This document shows, one piece after another, positions 56,332-56,434 of a stretch of 56,434 nucleotides of DNA. This DNA comes from a virus (taxonomy: Duplodnaviria; Caudoviricetes). The number at the start of each line of letters is the position of its first letter. Position 1 is the stretch's first letter. The position numbers and the translations under genes were made by a program. The notes beneath the pieces are model-generated. The model saw only the letters and a list, made by a program, of their open reading frames with translations, made no database searches and had not been told where the DNA came from. The DNA lies in IMG/VR virus record IMGVR_UViG_3300044638_006829, positions 1-56,434 of that record. One strand, written 5' to 3'.

Positions 56332-56434
56332 TGGGCAGGGCCTCCAGGGCGAGGCGGATGGTATCTACCTCTAATTCACTCCATAGATCTTTTGGATACT
56401 TGAGTGTCTCCAGCGCCTGCTCTTTCAAGCTCGG
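56324..56434 (-). CDS. partial modular early protein (3' end only)
   Basis: ...PSLKEQALETL...DTIRLALEALPND*; runs off the window edge. Confidence 0.6.
   Translation of the reverse strand, partial: PSLKEQALETLKYPKDLWSELEVDTIRLALEALPND

Noticed and set aside
1-56434. Stop-codon reassignment
   Set aside because: Core genes are full length in the standard code, and TAA, TAG and TGA all end genes.
1-56434. tRNA or other known RNA genes
   Set aside because: No cloverleaf or T-loop consensus seen in the intergenic gaps by eye; tRNAscan-SE or Infernal would be decisive.

Overview
The whole window is part of a tailed dsDNA phage genome. There is no integrase, tRNA, rRNA or CRISPR array, and no terminase falls inside the window. 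The host is probably a cyanobacterium (inference from two NblA-like genes, SpeD, Dps, two 2OG-Fe(II) oxygenases and a GH24+C39 endolysin). Bases 1-38.6 kb are mostly + strand virion and lysis genes: portal-like, scaffold-like, major capsid, putative ejection proteins, tail fibres/collars and endolysin, plus GT17 and GT47 glycosyltransferases and a minus-strand regulatory block at 19.8-23 kb. Bases 38.7-56.4 kb are minus-strand replication/early genes: primase-SF3 helicase, PD-(D/E)XK nuclease, SSB, PolA, a vWA/MoxR/DUF3150-like triad and GC-rich modular mini-genes. Main leads: (1) Ser-Gly enrichment in surface virion proteins alongside GT47/GT17 enzymes, suggesting proteoglycan-like virion glycosylation; (2) a set of pseudoenzymes (three His-less His-Cys-box HNHs, two methyltransferase folds without NPPY, a degenerate M23); (3) TAnnnT boxes a fixed 20-23 nt upstream of at least 22 start codons; (4) repeat-bounded mini-gene cassettes after the tail fibre; (5) a recurring R-hydrophobic-A-G motif in putative internal virion proteins; (6) a 503-nt portal/scaffold dual-coding overlap. 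All family calls are by motif recognition; no database searches were run.
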